Below are positions 62,318-64,000 of a stretch of 64,000 nucleotides of DNA, piece by piece. The DNA is taken from positions 9,545 to 73,544 of the forward strand of contig JANLRV010000121.1 in NCBI GenBank assembly GCA_031361905.1, given 5' to 3'. The notes under the pieces are model-generated. The model was not told the DNA's origin and ran no database searches. It saw nothing but the letters and a program-made list of their open reading frames with translations. Source of the stretch: Actinomycetes bacterium (GTDB lineage Bacteria; Actinomycetota; Thermoleophilia; Gaiellales; JALYLC01). Position numbers and translations under genes: made by a program. The first letter of the stretch is position 1. Every line of letters begins with the position of its first letter.

Positions 62318-62429
62318 CGCAGCGACGGTCGCCCAGGTGCTGTGGATCGACGTACACCCCGACCTGGACAGCCCGTAGCCGCGGGCGGCGTAGTCGAAGC
62401 CGCCGAGCTTGTTCCGAAACGAACAGTCG

Positions 62430-63323
62430 TTAGCGCTCGAGTGTCCGGGCAGCTGCCGCCGTGAGCTGCGCCCACGGGCCGCTCGCCGCTCCGGGCGGGC
62501 GCGCCTCGGCGAGGATCCGCCTGATCGCCGGTGCGCCGCGGAGCGTCTCGCGACCATCGATCAGCAGGACCTGGTCGTGCCGGCTGACGAGCTCGAGTGC
62601 GATGCCGAGTCGATCGATCGTGAGGCCGAGGGCCGCGATGTCGTCGTGGCGATAGGCGCAGACGTCGACCGCGGGCGGAGCCCCGAATCGGGCGCGCCAG
62701 ATCCGGCTGACGGCGTCATGCCAGGTCGCCTCATTTGCGACCTCGCTCGAGGCGTCGCGGAGATACCGCATCACGGCGCTGCAGTCGGCGATCAGGAGCC
62801 CGACGCGCTTGCCGTGGAGGTCCGGTGCAAGCGCCGCGACCTCGCGGTCGAGCGCCTCGAGCAGCGCGTCGGGGTCGAAGTCGGGCGTCGCGTAGGGGTG
62901 GGCGCCCAAGGCGAATCGTCGGGTCGTCGCGCGGCTTCCCGAGTCGTCGGCGGCGTCGCGCGGGTCGACGATGTGAAGCCAGTGGTCGACCGTGGCGCCG
63001 TACTTCGCCTCGAGCGTCCCGAGAATCCCGCCGACCGGCGGTGAGAGGACGTACGCGAGGACGTGCGGACCGTCGGCGGATGGCGGCCCCCCACGCTCGA
63101 TCAGCGTCGCGACATCGAGCTCCAGCGCGTCGGCCAGGCGCTGCACGATGGCGAGGCTCAGCACCGGCGGTCGCCCGGTGCTCGGGTTGTTCGCGGTCTC
63201 GATCGCCGTCACGTACGCCGGCGAGATCGACGCGCGCGCCGCCAGTGCCCGTACGGAGAGACCGAGCTGATGGCGCCGCTCGCGCACCTCGACACCGATC
63301 TGGGAATCCTCGTCTGCGCTCAT
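62430..63323 (-). CDS. XRE-type HTH + MEDS domain regulator (DcmR-like)
   Basis: ATG 63323. HTH VRERRHQLGLSVRALAARASISPAYVTAIE. The C-terminal about 200 aa resemble the MEDS (methanogen/methylotroph DcmR sensory) domain. Confidence 0.65.
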   Translation of the reverse strand: MSADEDSQIGVEVRERRHQLGLSVRALAARASISPAYVTAIETANNPSTGRPPVLSLAIVQRLADALELDVATLIERGGPPSADGPHVLAYVLSPPVGGILGTLEAKYGATVDHWLHIVDPRDAADDSGSRATTRRFALGAHPYATPDFDPDALLEALDREVAALAPDLHGKRVGLLIADCSAVMRYLRDASSEVANEATWHDAVSRIWRARFGAPPAVDVCAYRHDDIAALGLTIDRLGIALELVSRHDQVLLIDGRETLRGAPAIRRILAEARPPGAASGPWAQLTAAAARTLER

Positions 63324-63403
63324 CAGCCCGGAACTGCCACTCGATCGACCAACCGCTAAGCCGCGGCGCCTGATCACTCTATCAGCCGGCGTGTTCAGCA
63401 AAG

Positions 63404-63432
63404 TTGACGCCTCGAACCTCGGTCATTATAGT
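63404..63432 (+). promoter_or_regulatory. sigma-70-type promoter TTGACG-N17-TATAGT
   Basis: Read directly from the sequence. It predicts a roughly 175-nt leader before the GcvT-family ATG at 63614. Confidence 0.55.
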
Positions 63433-63613
63433 AGGCGTCGTTCAGTCTAGTGTTCGGTGGAAGAGATTGCGACGTGGATTGCCCAGTGGCGTCGGAGACA
63501 CGAGAGCGGCGCCGAGACGGCGCTCGGCTTCGCCGGACTCGACGACTGCTCGTCCAAGGTCACCGCGTCGCAGGCGGGGCGCGCGACCGTCCGCAGCAGG
63601 CAGGAGCTTCCCG

Positions 63614-64000
63614 ATGACCGAGTCCATCCACGCCGACGCCTCCAACACGGTGCACGTCAGCGCACGGCGCTTCGAGCAGTCCCCGTTCGAGGACCGCTGG
63701 AAGACGCCAGAGACGATCATGGGCGTCTACGCCGGCCGCTACTACAGCGCCTTCAACGGCGAGGACGTCGAAGACGCCTACTGGACGCTGCGCCGGAAGG
63801 CGGTGCTCTACGACGTGCCAGAACGGCCGGTCGAGATCTCCGGGCGAGATGCCGAGCGCTTCCTCGAGCACGTCTTCGCACGCAGGATTGGCGATCTGAG
63901 CGAGGGCCGCGGGCGCTACACGATCGCCTGCACACACGAAGGTCGACTGTTCATGGACGGAATCCTGTTCAAGCTCGGAGCGAACCGCTTCTGGTACGTC
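63614..64000 (+). CDS. aminomethyltransferase (GcvT/DmdA-like, folate-binding) family protein, N-terminal 129 codons (runs off window)
   Basis: My own translation after AGGAG: MTESIHADAS..YWTLRRKAVLYDVPERPVEISGRDAERFLEHVFARRIGDLSEGRGRYTIACTHEGRLFMDGILF.. The pattern (..lyDvs..v.i.G.DA..fL..) is typical of the GcvT family. This ORF is not in the track because it has no stop in the window. Confidence 0.75.
   Translation, partial: MTESIHADASNTVHVSARRFEQSPFEDRWKTPETIMGVYAGRYYSAFNGEDVEDAYWTLRRKAVLYDVPERPVEISGRDAERFLEHVFARRIGDLSEGRGRYTIACTHEGRLFMDGILFKLGANRFWYV

Noticed and set aside
63433-63613. Possible glycine riboswitch in the leader of the GcvT-family gene (ggagacacgagagcggcgccgaga).
   Set aside because: It has only a superficial resemblance to the GGAGAG..CGCCGAAGG core. 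I could not find the second conserved half or a tandem aptamer arrangement. It needs an Infernal scan before any such call.
1-64000. rRNA and tRNA genes, prophage structural genes, or canonical defence systems (CRISPR-Cas, restriction-modification, toxin-antitoxin pairs).
   Set aside because: None could be supported by reading both strands. The only nuclease-like genes are the two HNH proteins described above.

Overview
High-GC (about 70-75% in hand-counted samples), Actinomycetota-like chromosomal segment. It is densely packed with accessory and catabolic metabolism genes, and many neighbours are joined by 1-13 nt start/stop overlaps (ATGA, GTGA, TGATG), which defines tight operons. I recognised no rRNA, tRNA or CRISPR array. 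Left third (1-18.5 kb): two paralogous hydantoinase A/B plus family III CoA-transferase modules. One sits behind a GntR regulator. The other is embedded with a MaoC hydratase, an ICL/PEP-mutase-family enzyme, an Fe-ADH and an acyl-CoA dehydrogenase. A DUF222/HNH gene, a lipoprotein gene and a duplicated fragment of an AhpD/CMD-family gene interrupt this region. Middle (18.5-43 kb): GST, an LLM-class oxidoreductase, a PPOX-like protein, a lower-GC islet with a small HNH protein, a DUF3891-SDR-2x amidohydrolase operon, a methyltransferase plus secreted protein, a P450-Rieske-ADH operon, thiolase plus ScoAB, MFS-TetR, a DadA-like oxidoreductase coupled to a non-pyrrolysine MttB-family methyltransferase, and a PilZ-like protein. 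Right third (43-64 kb): an orphan AceE-like E1, a mod locus (HTH-TOBE regulator, Tat ferritin-like protein, modA, modB, no modC), a PAS-GGDEF-HD-GYP protein, an NhaP antiporter, a patatin-like lipase coupled to an M23 peptidase, a NarL-type two-component system, a membrane-anchored NirK, and an XRE-MEDS regulator divergent from a GcvT-family gene. Four non-coding features stand out. (1) A 314-bp element with perfect 37-bp terminal inverted repeats and five nested hairpins fills an entire intercistronic gap (27280-27593). (2) A 176-bp imperfect palindromic repeat (20083-20258) has a half-copy at 42567-42611. (3) A 22-nt motif, 21/22 identical between two sites and degenerate at two more, sits at four promoter regions of the catabolic cluster. 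(4) A 3 x 11-bp tandem repeat lies upstream of the DUF222/HNH gene. No region can be proven to be a new system from sequence alone. The strongest candidates are the HyuAB/CoA-transferase supercluster with its shared operator-like motif, the structured TIR element, and the patatin-M23 pair.
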